The notes beneath the pieces were generated by a model. The model was not told the DNA's origin and ran no database searches. It worked only from the letters and a program-made list of their open reading frames with translations. Below are positions 52,974 to 64,000 of a DNA stretch of 64,000 nucleotides, piece after piece. Position 1 is the first letter of the stretch; every line of letters begins with the position of its first letter. The stretch covers positions 310,001 to 374,000 of the forward strand of contig OX597830.1 of NCBI GenBank assembly GCA_951406725.2, read 5' to 3'. Source of the DNA: Octopus vulgaris (lineage: Eukaryota). The position numbers and the translations under genes were made by a program.

Positions 52974-55740
52974 TCAGGTTCTTCGGGAGGATATTGAAGA
53001 GCTGTGGGCCTCTGAAGCCCAGGCTATCACAGTATCTCGTCCTGGCAAATTTGGAGTCCTTGGCACTATGCAGTGGCGCCCAGTTCTAGCATTTGTGTAA
53101 CTCGCGATGCCAAAGTTTGGGACAAGTCCTTCCAGGATCTTCCAGATGTATATTATGGCATATCTTTCTCGCCTACGCTCTAAGGAATACAGTCTTAATA
53201 TCTTGAGTCTTTCCCAGTAGCTTATATGCTGCACAGAGGCTATCTTCTTCGTATAGCTTCGTTGGATCGCCTCAAGTTCTGTGATTAACCTGACACTGAA
53301 TGGTGACCATAGCTGAGAGCAATAGTCAAAGTGGCTTAGGATAAGTGTCCTCCAGAGGACCATCATGGTTCCCTACAGGTTCTAAGAATCCATCCGGTCA
53401 GCCGCCTACATTTCATTGCCAATTTAGCAACATGCACATGAAAGGTTGTATCATCACTCATGTAAATACCCAGGTCTCGCACTGACTGTGCCTCTGGGAT
53501 TGCAATCCCTTCAGGTCCCGTGTATTTAATGGGTATTGCATGCTGATAGCATAAAGCTTGAAATTTTTCAGCATTGAACTGCATGCTATTCTTTTCAGCC
53601 CATTTGTATATTTTGTCCAGTTCACATTGCAGGTGCATAGTGTCATCAGGGTTCTGTATTGCCTGTGAAACATTTGTATCATCTGCATAACTTGTGATCG
53701 TGGCTCTCTGCGTGGCTGAGGGCATGTCTGAGAGGGCCATTATGAACAGTAGAGGTCCCAAAACAGTGCCTTGCGGAACACCACTCACTATTTGCGTGTT
53801 ATTGGGGATGGCCCCATTGGCTACTACCACCTGACTTCTATCCTTCAGAAAGTCATGAAGCCATTCTCCCAATTTTCCAACTATGCCAAGATCACGCAGT
53901 TTGTGACATATCATTCCATGATCGACTTTATCAAAGGCCTTTGCAAAGTCGAGATATATCAGTTCTACATGTGAGTGGTTGAGCAGTCGTTTCAGCACCC
54001 AGTCATGGTGTTGTAGGATAAGCTCAGCTTGGCAGCTTCTTCCTGGTCGGAAACCATGTTGGGTGTCAGGCAGCAAGTCATTTTCTTCAAGGAAGGTGAT
54101 TAGTTTCCTTCTGACTATTCGTTCCATGACCTTGCTGATGTGTGAGGTCAGACAGATAGGTCTGTAGTTCTTGGCCTCCGCTCTGCTACCTCCTTTATGA
54201 ATAGGGCATATTTTACCTTCCTTCAGTTTTCTTTGAAATTTGCCAGTTGCAAGGAAGCTCTGAAAGAGGAACTGCAGTGGTCTTGCTAGAACATACTTTT
54301 AGAAGAATTGTTGGGAATCCATCGTGGCCAGTAGCTGAGTTTGGGTTCATTTTATCTATAGCCTTTATTACACCGTCTTCCTTTATATTGATGTAATCAA
54401 TCATCACTGCCTCTGATTTTATATCTGCAGTGGTAAAGAAGTCATTTGGATTGCTGATTTGAAAATGCCCAAGGGGTGGAGTGAAAATACTCTTGAATTG
54501 CTCATTTAGTATTTCACTTATCCTCATTGGATTTCCTGTGAGTGTGCAATCCTTTTGAAGGAGTGGCCCTATCCTAGAGTTCACCGCAGCTGTTTCTTTG
54601 GCAAACTTGTAGAAAGCTCTGGTGTTAGATTTTATGTTGTCTATAGCCCAGGCTTCTTTGTCTGCTCTTTTTTTTTCATAGGAGAGTTGCAGACATTTTT
54701 CAATTTCCAACAGTTTTATTTTCAGGCGGGACTTTTCACTGCTTTCAATTTGTTTGTTTAGGAGATTTGAAACTTTTGTACACCGTCTCATAAGAATTTT
54801 CCTTTCTCTGGAGATTTTGTTCTTGTGTACAGTGGCTTTTCTCTCTGGGACACATTTGTAGCATATGGCTTGCATTACAGACATGGATTGTTGAAGTTTC
54901 ATGTCGATGTCTGGCAAGGAGAGACATTCAGGCCAGTTTTGTTTGAGGATCTCTTTCTCAATTTGTTTCCAGTTTGCCTTATGGAAGTTGAAGCTGGAAA
55001 GATTCTGAGAGTTTCTTGTAGACTGTATGTCCATGCTCTCCTTTGGCCCGTACATGGTCAGCTCTACCATGTTGTGATTCGAGAGTAGTGTCGGTGTCAC
55101 TTTCACATTAGGGATGAGATCCATATTATTTGTGAAGCAGAGATCCAGTATGTTACCTGCCCTGGTTGGTTGGAGTATTATTTGCTCCATGTACAGAGTG
55201 TTGATGAGGTTTAGGAGGGACCTCGCCTGTCCTCGTTCGCATCGTGTCATTCTTGGGAGAGAAAGGCCCTCGGGCCATCTGACATTGGGCAGATTGGAGT
55301 CTCCCATAAGAAGTACACTTACGTGTTGTTCTAATGTGACTAGAACTTCTTCTATTTTTGTAAGGCAGTCTTCAAACTTGTCTACATCGCTTGGGGCATC
55401 TGGAGGGCGATATGTAGCACATATAACTACACCGAGTTGCCTTATATGTACAATTAGTGTGTCACACACCGAATTTGAGTATGACGAAAGGACCTGGTGT
55501 GTGAGGTCCTCGCGGATGTACATAACAACTCCACCATGACTCCTTTCTTTTCTGTCGGTCCGTAGTACAACATACTTTGGTATGTGTATTTCCGCATCTG
55601 CTGTGTCCGGTTTCAGGTGTGTTTCCGTAAGTACTATGCATAAGGCTTGATTGCAGGCAACAAGGTCTCTCAAGAACGGGATTTTGTCCTGTTACTGAGC
55701 GTTAGCAGTCCTCTTATGTTCAGTAGGCGCTTCGAGGTAA
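52974..55740 (-). pseudogene. LINE ORF2 (APE + RT), few frameshifts
   Basis: Colinear ORF pieces 54213-55673, 53363-54127 and 52974-53366. Confidence 0.92.
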
Positions 55741-56633
55741 TGTGTGTGTTATTGCCAGTGGTGTCCACCTTGGGTCTATTTGCTGTGGTGGTCTTGTATA
55801 TTGTGGATAGTTCCATCTGCGAGTTTGAGTTTGATGGAGCCTGGTTAGCTGCTGTACAATCTTTTGTGCCATGCACAAAAAAAGATTCTTGTTCAGCAGC
55901 TGCCCTTTCAATATCATGTTGATGGTTTGTAACACGCACTACATCTGCGTACCTCCGTTTTGGGGCAGGTGGTGCGTGGTCCATTCCTTTTCCTTTTGGA
56001 AGTTGGTTTCTGCCCTGTTTCATGTTTATGTGACAGGGTCTTTGGTGTGCAAAACGGCAGTGTGCACCTTCCTCTCCATGTCAGCAGACACCTTTCATGT
56101 AGAATTTACACATGCGTGTGCGCTGTCTCTTTCTATCCTTTTTGGTATATGGATAGTCAGGTTTGTTTCATCTTTTGGTTTTGTTTGAGTCTTAGCTTTT
56201 CCTTCTTTGGCTGTTTCATCCTTTGTTTTTCTTTTAGTTTTTCCGCCTTTTACTTCTTTTTTGGCTCTTTCATCTGCATGGTTTTGGCTTTTGATGCTGG
56301 TAGGGGCACTTGCACTTGGGTTTACTTCCCAGGCAGGTTTCTCACTTGAATCGTCTTTGTTGTCCTGGGTGTCTACCAAGTGGGGGTAAAATCCTTCATC
56401 TGCACCCGTGCCTCCATCCTTGCCATCTTTACTTTGTTTGTTGTCAAAGATGACATCAAGCGTGCCAATGTGGGATCTTATAAGTGCATAGGAGCGTGTA
56501 AACTCCTGTTTCTTTCGCTCTATCTGTGCTAACTTCCTTGTGTATCCACTGCTCTTCAGCGCAGCTGTAATTATGTTGTTTGAATTATCTCCGTCAGCAC
56601 ATTGCAGGCTCTCAAAAACAATGCCAATTCCAT
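55670..56633 (-). pseudogene. LINE ORF1 with basic region and CCCH-type zinc finger
   Basis: ATG at 56633. Lys-rich tract, then CKFYMKGVC*HGEEGAHCRFAHQRPC (about 56028-56112) with one in-frame TGA. Confidence 0.7.
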
Positions 56634-57233
56634 GGTCTTCCAGGTATTTATCTATCTAGTTATATCTAAAATTTAACAGTGTGATAGACGGCAGAGAAGA
56701 AATAGAGAAAGAAAGTGTCTATGTATTTAGAGAGATTGAGAGCTGAGAGAAGATAAGAAGAGAGTAAGAGAGAGTGAGAGGAGAATGTTCGCGTCTATAT
56801 ATTTAGAAAAATTGAGAGGCTGAGAGAGGAAAGATGGTGTGACAGAGAGAAGTGGAAAAGTGAAGAGACAAGGAAAGAGGCATGAGCGAGAGAAGTGAAG
56901 AGACAGAGAGAGAAAGAAATGAATGAGAGGAGGTTATGCAAAAGATTGAGCGGCTGAGAAAAGATAAGAAGAGAGTGAGAGAGAGTCTATATATTTAGTT
57001 TTTTAGGATGATTTAGGATGATTAAGCGGCTGAGAGAAGTGAAGAGACAGAGAGAGAAAGAAAAGAAAGAGAGGAGGTCACGAAGCTGAAACAGAAATTG
57101 AACGATTATTAACAGAATGTAAATTATAAATATATAACTGTCTGTAGCTACAAACGTTTTCTTCTAAATTAAACTAATTGCGACTATAATATAATGTTCG
57201 CGTCTATATATTTAGGGAGATTGAGGGGCTGAG

Positions 57234-57272
<39 letters not shown>

Positions 57273-57849
57273 CAACAAATAAATATATGCCTATCTAAAA
57301 TTGAATAATTTTACAGAGATGTATTGAGAAATTGACAGAAACGGAGCTGAAACAGAAATTGAAACAGAAAATAGGTCCTTACATTGAATTACGGGAAATT
57401 AAACAAATGAAAAGGGGTACTTATCTTATAAGAGGTAGAAGTCCCAAAATCGTCTCCCTATACGAAGAGGTTTTCTTTCAAAAAGAAAAGAAAAACGGTT
57501 CTTTTTGCTTGTTAAAGTCGATTGGGAATAAACCTAAGAGATGTCACCACGTGCTTTTTTCGACGGCAAATCTGGCGTGCGTAATTAACTTTAGAGTATT
57601 ATATTTGGATTGAAGCGAAATATATTAAGGTTTTTAACTCTTATATCCTAGTAGACCGCTATGAGATAACAAGTTCTACGTTTTTTTTATCAGTTTTAGC
57701 AGATTATTTCGTCGATTTATGCAAACCTTTTTGTTTTTTTTATCACAGAGCAAAGCAATACGTCTCTATCCTATATACATAGATATATTATATATTTATA
57801 CATACATATATATATATATATGTATGTATACATATATATTATATATATA

Positions 57850-58935
57850 CTAGCAGTATCGCCCGGCGTTGCTCGGGTTTGTTTCGACCCGCTGGAATTG
57901 TAATTTTGAAAAGTAAAAATTTTGTGAACATTTTTCTGGTCGAAATACACCGAAAAGTGGCGACAAAGCAGTGAAAAAATCGTAAAAAATAGGGATTTTC
58001 ATAGAAAAAAAGCATCTTTTTGATGTAAATAATTTTTGGTGTTAACATGGTCCGATTTGAATTTTATGTTCTACGGAAGGAAGAGCAACCCTTCTACCAT
58101 ACTCTCAATTTTGGTCAACTTGCGCCGCAGGGTCTCGGAGGAGATAGTGTTAGTTGAAGGTTACCATTCTAGGTGCCTGAGTAACAACCTCGCGGATTTA
58201 CAGATAAATGAATTAGTTACTATTTTACAGAATAAAATTAAATAATTCTTGAAAATTAATTAATATTAATATTTTTTGAACAAAGTAAATAATTTTTAAA
58301 ACTTAAATAATAATTTTTTTTACACAAACGCGAAGGGGGAAAAGGGGTGGCGAATTCGATTTACATACCTAAATTTTTTCTTTTTCATGACATTGTAGCA
58401 AAATAGTAGTGAATTATATAAATACCAGCAGTACATTTTTTTTTCTGGGGTATTTTTTTTCAACCTCGTCACATATTTGCCCCTTTCAATTTAAACAAAG
58501 TCTTAATTAAGCAATTACGGCAGCTTAGCAATGCTTTCAATACAGGCGTGACATCTGTATCTCACTTGTTCAAAACCCTTCGAATTTTTTCGCACGTGAT
58601 GATATCATAGTGAAAACTTTCAATTACGCGCGCTTAGAAGTACGCTGGCAAATTAATACTACCAAAATTTTGAAGTTCGCGCTCCGCTTGTGTGTGTGTG
58701 TGTGCGTGCTTTAGGTGTACGTAGGTATGTGTTTTTGTGTGTGTGCGTTACTGAAGCCATACATACATATATACATACATAACCTCTCTCTCTCTTTTCT
58801 CTCTCAGTCACTCACTACAAAAAGTGAATAAAAAAAGTTCAGTTATTTCTGTCTTTCACTCTGTCTGTCTCTTTACACACACTAACAAAAGCACTTCACT
58901 TACAAACCACACTTTCTGTGTCGCACAACCCATCA

Positions 58936-58970
<35 letters not shown>

Positions 58971-59520
58971 TCACGCACGCACACATGTACATCAATGCTT
59001 TCGGAGTGAAATGTTAAAATATTGAGTTTTCTCGAATTTTGTCTTAATTGGGGGTGAAATTGAAAGAAATATATTATGTCATGACCGAATGGAGTACTTT
59101 GAAAAATCTTAGGTAAACTCTAATTGAAGAAATTGTGTGAGGAGTAAATCGTTATGTATTTATTTGTTTCTGTTTGCTGTGTTTTTTATTTTTTGAGTAG
59201 TGGTTTAAATACTTTCAGTTTAGTCTTCCTCAAATCACTCTGTCGCTATTTACTTTCATTTTATTCGTTGCACACTGTGTGTGTGCGTGTGCGTGTGGTG
59301 TAAACCACATTAAGAAAAGCATTTGACATACACACCAGAATGTGAGTTTTCTGTAAATTTTGCTTAATTGGAGTTTACATTTTAAAAACTGGACCTGGCA
59401 TGACCCGATGCATTCTACTCTTAAAAATGCTAGGTAAATTGTAATTGAAGAAATCCTATATTGTAGATTTCTATAAGTTACAAAGGGAGGCAGATAAAAT
59501 CTGCCTTTTATAATAAGAGA
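57850..59520 (-). mobile_element. Complete non-autonomous Helitron (about 1.67 kb)
   Basis: Minus strand A|TCTCTTATTATAAAAGG....cccgagcaacgccggg-cgatactg-CTAG|T: 5' TC, 3' hairpin plus CTAG, inserted between A and T in TA-rich microsatellite, no TSD. Confidence 0.88.
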
Positions 59521-59521
59521 T

Positions 59522-59747
<226 letters not shown>

Positions 59748-59864
59748 TATCTGTCTGTCTCCGATAGTCTGGGCGGTCACGATATCATGTGATAATTCTT
59801 TACATCAAGTTTGTGTATGGATTAGATATATTCTTCTAATTCTTTTTTTTAAAATTCTTCTACA

Positions 59865-60055
59865 CGTTTCAGTCATTTGACTGCGGCGCTGCTGGAGCAC
59901 CGCCTTGGAGAGTTTTAGTCGAATGAATCGACCCCAGGACTTGTTCTTTGTGCTTATTCTACCGTCACTTCTGGCGAAGCGCTAAGTTATGGGGACGTAA
60001 ACATACCAGCACCGGTTAAGCGGTGATGTTGGAACGAACACAAAGACACACACAC
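59865..60055 (-). mobile_element. SINE 3' part with LINE-like tail
   Basis: gtttcagtcatttgactgcggcgctgctggagcaccgcc resembles the LINE 3' end at 52748-52787. Confidence 0.8.
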
Positions 60056-60058
60056 ATA

Positions 60059-60094
<36 letters not shown>

Positions 60095-60100
<6 letters not shown>

Positions 60101-60660
60101 ATTGAGATAGGGGTTGTAAATGCAACCCTTATGGGATAACGTGTATCCAATATACTGCCAGTGAAGTACCCAACAAAGTTAATACATAAATGTTAATGAT
60201 TGCGATGCAATCAATTCATTTTCTGTATTATATGGGCAAAGGTAAAATGATTTACCACAAATTACTAATACAAGATAAGAAAATGGAGAAATACATCTAA
60301 ATCAAATAACAATTACTAGATAATACTCAATCACATACTTTATTAAACCACCACATAAGATATTGTAGGGTTAAATATAAAAAGCAGAACAAATCAGTGT
60401 ACAAAAAGGAATGTACATAAAGTGTATATAAAAGAGTAATGTTGTATAATAAGTAGAATATATATAAAAGAGAATATAAATACAAGTAAATATAAATATA
60501 AGTATAAATTAGATCTTACAGCTGTTTCGGCCATGTCGATAATTATGTCTCATTTTACCAATATTAGCCCTTTATGGTTGGTCAATATATAGATATAAAT
60601 GAGACATTAACAAAAATATCACAAGGCCTCTTCGGAGATTATGTAATATAACTCAGTCTA
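60095..60660 (-). mobile_element. Solo pLTR of a (TA)n-associated Penelope-like family
   Basis: Contains a hammerhead, the motif ctccattttcttat and the terminal tatcccataagggttgc..acccctatctcaattgt before (TA)n. Homologous to the 17370-18075 fragments. Confidence 0.7.
60513..60639 (-). ncRNA. Type-I hammerhead ribozyme motif with greatly extended stem II
   Basis: aucu-CCGAAGA-GGCC-[about 85 nt including ugucucauuu/aaaugagaca]-GGCC-GAAAC-AGCU-GUA-agau. Confidence 0.72.
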
Positions 60661-61106
60661 CATATATACCCACATGGGTGTGGGTGCGTACCCACAATAC
60701 AACATATATATATATATACATATGAGTGCATATACTCACACTCCTATACATATAAAAATATACATTTACATAATGATATAAATAAATAATATAAATGAGT
60801 AAACATATATATGTGTTCCACACTCAATGTCTCAGTTTTCGACTTAATATTGTGATAATAAACATACACAAATTAATACCTAGATGCAAATATACATAGT
60901 CAATAGTACATTATATTACTTCATAATAGTTTCTAAAGTGTCATTAAAGTTAGTATCATTATCGTTGTCAATACAATTAATGTTATCATTGTTATCATTC
61001 ATAATATTATTAATAACTCTTACATTATGATCCAGAGCGGAATATATGTATGTCCGTGTTCCAGTTAATAATTTTCCTTATAGAGTAAATACACTATTGG
61101 GTTTGA

Positions 61107-61126
61107 ATTGCACACACATACATGTA

Positions 61127-61159
<33 letters not shown>

Positions 61160-61200
61160 CAATTTAAAAAATAAAACACATGCATACATACATACATACA

Positions 61201-61233
<33 letters not shown>

Positions 61234-61559
61234 GTACATACCTACATCTACATGTATATATACATGCATATATGAGCACAGGACACCACAAATAAACGTG
61301 GACTCTATAGCAGAGTCCACGGTGGCTTCATAGCGGAATTATAACATAGTAATTTCCCTTTGTATAACGGTCTTTTTTCATAGCGTTTTTCAGATGGCCA
61401 GATAACCGAAGAGATGGTGTTGTGGATTTCCACTTCGGCATCCGAAACTCAGAGTTTTATCTTGGCTATTCAATAATTGTCACATATTATTTTACAGATA
61501 AATTTCCACTATTGAGGTTTCTTTCTTTCTTTCTTTCTTTTGTTATCTTACCGTTTTTA

Positions 61560-61603
<44 letters not shown>

Positions 61604-61750
61604 TATATAAAGGTTAAATATATAAAGGTTAAATTTAACATTTAAAGGTATTTTTTAATATGCTGGCCATTGATAAAATTATTTTTAGAAAAAATTTTAT
61701 CCTACATTAGATGTATATATATATATATTGCACACGCACTCTTACATGTA

Positions 61751-61785
<35 letters not shown>

Positions 61786-61899
61786 ACAATTTAAAAAATA
61801 AAATACATACATACATACATACATACATATATGTCCATACCTACATCTATATGTATATATACATGCATATATGAGTACAGGACACCACAAATAAACGTA
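61107..61899. repeat. About 180-bp local direct duplication (61107-61300 vs 61727-61899)
   Basis: attgcacac..catgtactta(ta)n..acaatttaaaaaataaaa..(cata)n..caggacaccacaaataaacgt occurs twice. Confidence 0.85.
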
Positions 61900-62630
61900 G
61901 AACACAACGAGAAACGAAGATATAAAAACCAAACAAGGAAACGGACTTTTTTTAACAACGAAAAAAACAGAGTACAAGACAACAATACAAGGAACATCCC
62001 CCTTCTTCAGCTGCCCCTGTTTCGACTCAATGCGTGTTTCGAAGGTAAGTGTAGGACACGACCACGCCGAAGCAGTCCTTCTCGCAAAATGAATTAAATA
62101 AAAAATTTTTGTGGAGGGGTAAAAAAAAAAGTTGACAAAAACAGGACGTAAAAGCAATACAAATGAAGAAAAAAACCCCAGTACAAATAAAGATAAAAAC
62201 AGTAAAAGAGAGGACAAGGAAACCAACAATAAGGGCTTTTTTTGAAAGCCTAGACCGTGGAAAAATTCGTTAGAACGCATTCTGAAGATCGGCTTGCGAT
62301 GTCTGTCTGTCACTCTCTCTCTGTCGTTCTTCTTATAAGTACGGAATTACGATAAAAGTAAGACTGGACGTTCAACCCTTATCCAGCGTTTCCAAGACTT
62401 GTAGAATGATGGGGAGAAAGTTATCCGGGAATCTGACCTAAAACTTTGAATTCTATTAAAGGCCTCTATGTGTCAGCTATGAGAATTGATAGGATGACGG
62501 ATGACGTACACAATTAAAGCTCTAACCAGTGTTCGGTCCAGCAAATATTTCACCCAGTGGGCTTAAATCCAGAAATATTTTGTAGCCAAGTGAGCAACTA
62601 GTAACTGCACATTAGTCTGCTTGTCGTAAG
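61875..62630 (-). mobile_element. Decayed PLE-like 3' end
   Basis: Weak GIY-YIG C-terminus-like remnant (ILQVLETL) at about 62350-62600. Decayed hammerhead-like GAAGG..CCUUC-GAAAC at 62025-62094. Confidence 0.45.
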
Positions 62631-63968
62631 TTTGTACACACACACACACATACAGTCACTCACACAAATACACTCTCACGCACACGCACATACACTTACT
62701 AGCACATACACACATGCACATACAATCACAGGCACGCGTGCGTGGGTGCGTTTGAGTGTGTGTCTGTGTGTCTAATCCCCTGCTTCTAATCCCATACAAC
62801 ATTTACAAAATCACCACCACGACGAACTTCACTCTCACCACCACCCATATCATCATCATCAGCAGCAGCAGCAGCAGCTTTATATAACTACTTCCATTGT
62901 GCTTCATCATTTTTAATATTTTTCTTCATTTTTTTTTTACTGAGCGCGAGTGTGTGCATGTATGTTCGTGTGTTCGTGTTTGTGTGTGTGTGTGTGCGTG
63001 CGTATGTGTGTGCTTGTGTGTGTGTGTGTGTATGCGTGTATGTCTTCGTACGCATAACATTTTTTGGTTTTCTATTTGTGTTTGAATTCAATTTTTAAAA
63101 AATCGGGCAAAAGGGAGACTATTAAAACAAGCAACACAAAAAGAAGAGATTAGGAAATAGCAATTTCTCTGTTGGTTTATTCCTTCCTTCGGCTATTTTT
63201 CCTTTCTCTCCCCTCTCCCCTCCCCCTCTCTCTGTCTATCTCTATCCCTCTCTCGACCCTTCTCTCTCAAGGGGGAAGTGTCTTGTTCTTTTTGCGGTTA
63301 AAATTAAATTAAAAACAAAAAACAAGCAATATTCTTCCCTAATGATGAGTTGTGATGTTGTTTTTGTTATGTTCGGTATGTAGAAGTAGAACATGATGAT
63401 GACTATTGGTTGATAACAATTGTAAAATCAATCATTAACCGTGATTGGGGGATATCGAAGAATCGGTGAAAGTGACAACGGAATCTGCGCGCTCAACATA
63501 ACAGAAAGAAACACCCAACCATAAGAAGAATACATCAGCAAATGGAAGTTTCTCGCTTAAAAATAGCGGGAAGGTGACGGCTAGATGACATTTGATCGGG
63601 TCTCACATCACAACTAGTCTAAGACAACTAGTCTAAGACAACTAGTCAACACCAATACCATATAGGGAAGAACCAGCATCTGCCAAAAATCGTTTCTTTT
63701 TATCCGTAGAGAAGTTGTTTCCTCATATCAAGCCATATTTAAATAAAATATGACCCCCATTCAATCAATAGATACTTCATCGAAGTGGGAAATCGACGAG
63801 CTGACAGATGAAGGGTCTTTAAATCATAGGTTATGTGCCTGTACATAAAATAAACAAAGAGTTGGAAGTCTACTTAAGATAAATACAAGCTCAAATATTA
63901 GGATGTAAGATAGGTACACTTCACATGCATGCTTACATAAACATGTACGCACACACATACAGATATGC

Positions 63969-63999
<31 letters not shown>

Positions 64000-64000
64000 G

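Larger units (their letters stand above)
52725..57240 (-). mobile_element. Near full-length CR1/L2-group LINE (5' UTR repeats, ORF1 with CCCH finger, ORF2 APE-RT)
   Basis: APE LLNIRGL, LTETHL, HGGVVMYI, YRPP, MGDSNLP, LDLCF. RT NYRPICLTS, QHGFRPGRSC, YLDFAKAFDKVDH, SGVPQGTVLGPLLF, YADD. C-terminus YWERLK..YSLERRRER. (ATAAA)n tail at about 52725-52745. Confidence 0.95.

Noticed and set aside
56081-56083. In-frame TGA in the CCCH finger as selenocysteine
   Set aside because: It sits next to a Cys rather than replacing one and is best explained as CGA-to-TGA CpG decay. No SECIS seen.

Overview
AT-rich eukaryotic non-coding DNA saturated with microsatellites ((TA)n, (CA)n, (TATG)n, (TTA)n). The SINE types and repeat landscape suggest a coleoid cephalopod, probably Octopus; this is inference. 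I found no intact host gene, and most ORF-track calls are translated microsatellites. The window is a stack of mobile DNA: two CR1/L2-type APE-RT LINEs (7.2-10.1 kb, 52.7-57.2 kb), at least five Penelope-like elements (PLEs, RT + C-terminal GIY-YIG) or their pLTR remnants, a DD37D-type Tc1/mariner remnant with TIRs, an internally deleted Hero (R2-group) element, an R4/Dong RT fragment, a complete non-autonomous Helitron and many tRNA-derived SINEs. The most notable signals are: (i) PLE-associated type-I hammerhead ribozyme motifs with different, apparently compensated core 3-8 pairs (C-G, U-A, A-U), one with a long stem II hairpin; (ii) a near full-length PLE with an extra coiled-coil ORF1 overlapping the RT ORF, an inverted catalytic core and a multi-switch 5' mosaic; (iii) a young 492-bp tandem array with an inverted leading unit, bounded by (TA)n; (iv) repeated fold-back structures at (TA)n edges. 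All alignments and folds were done by eye.
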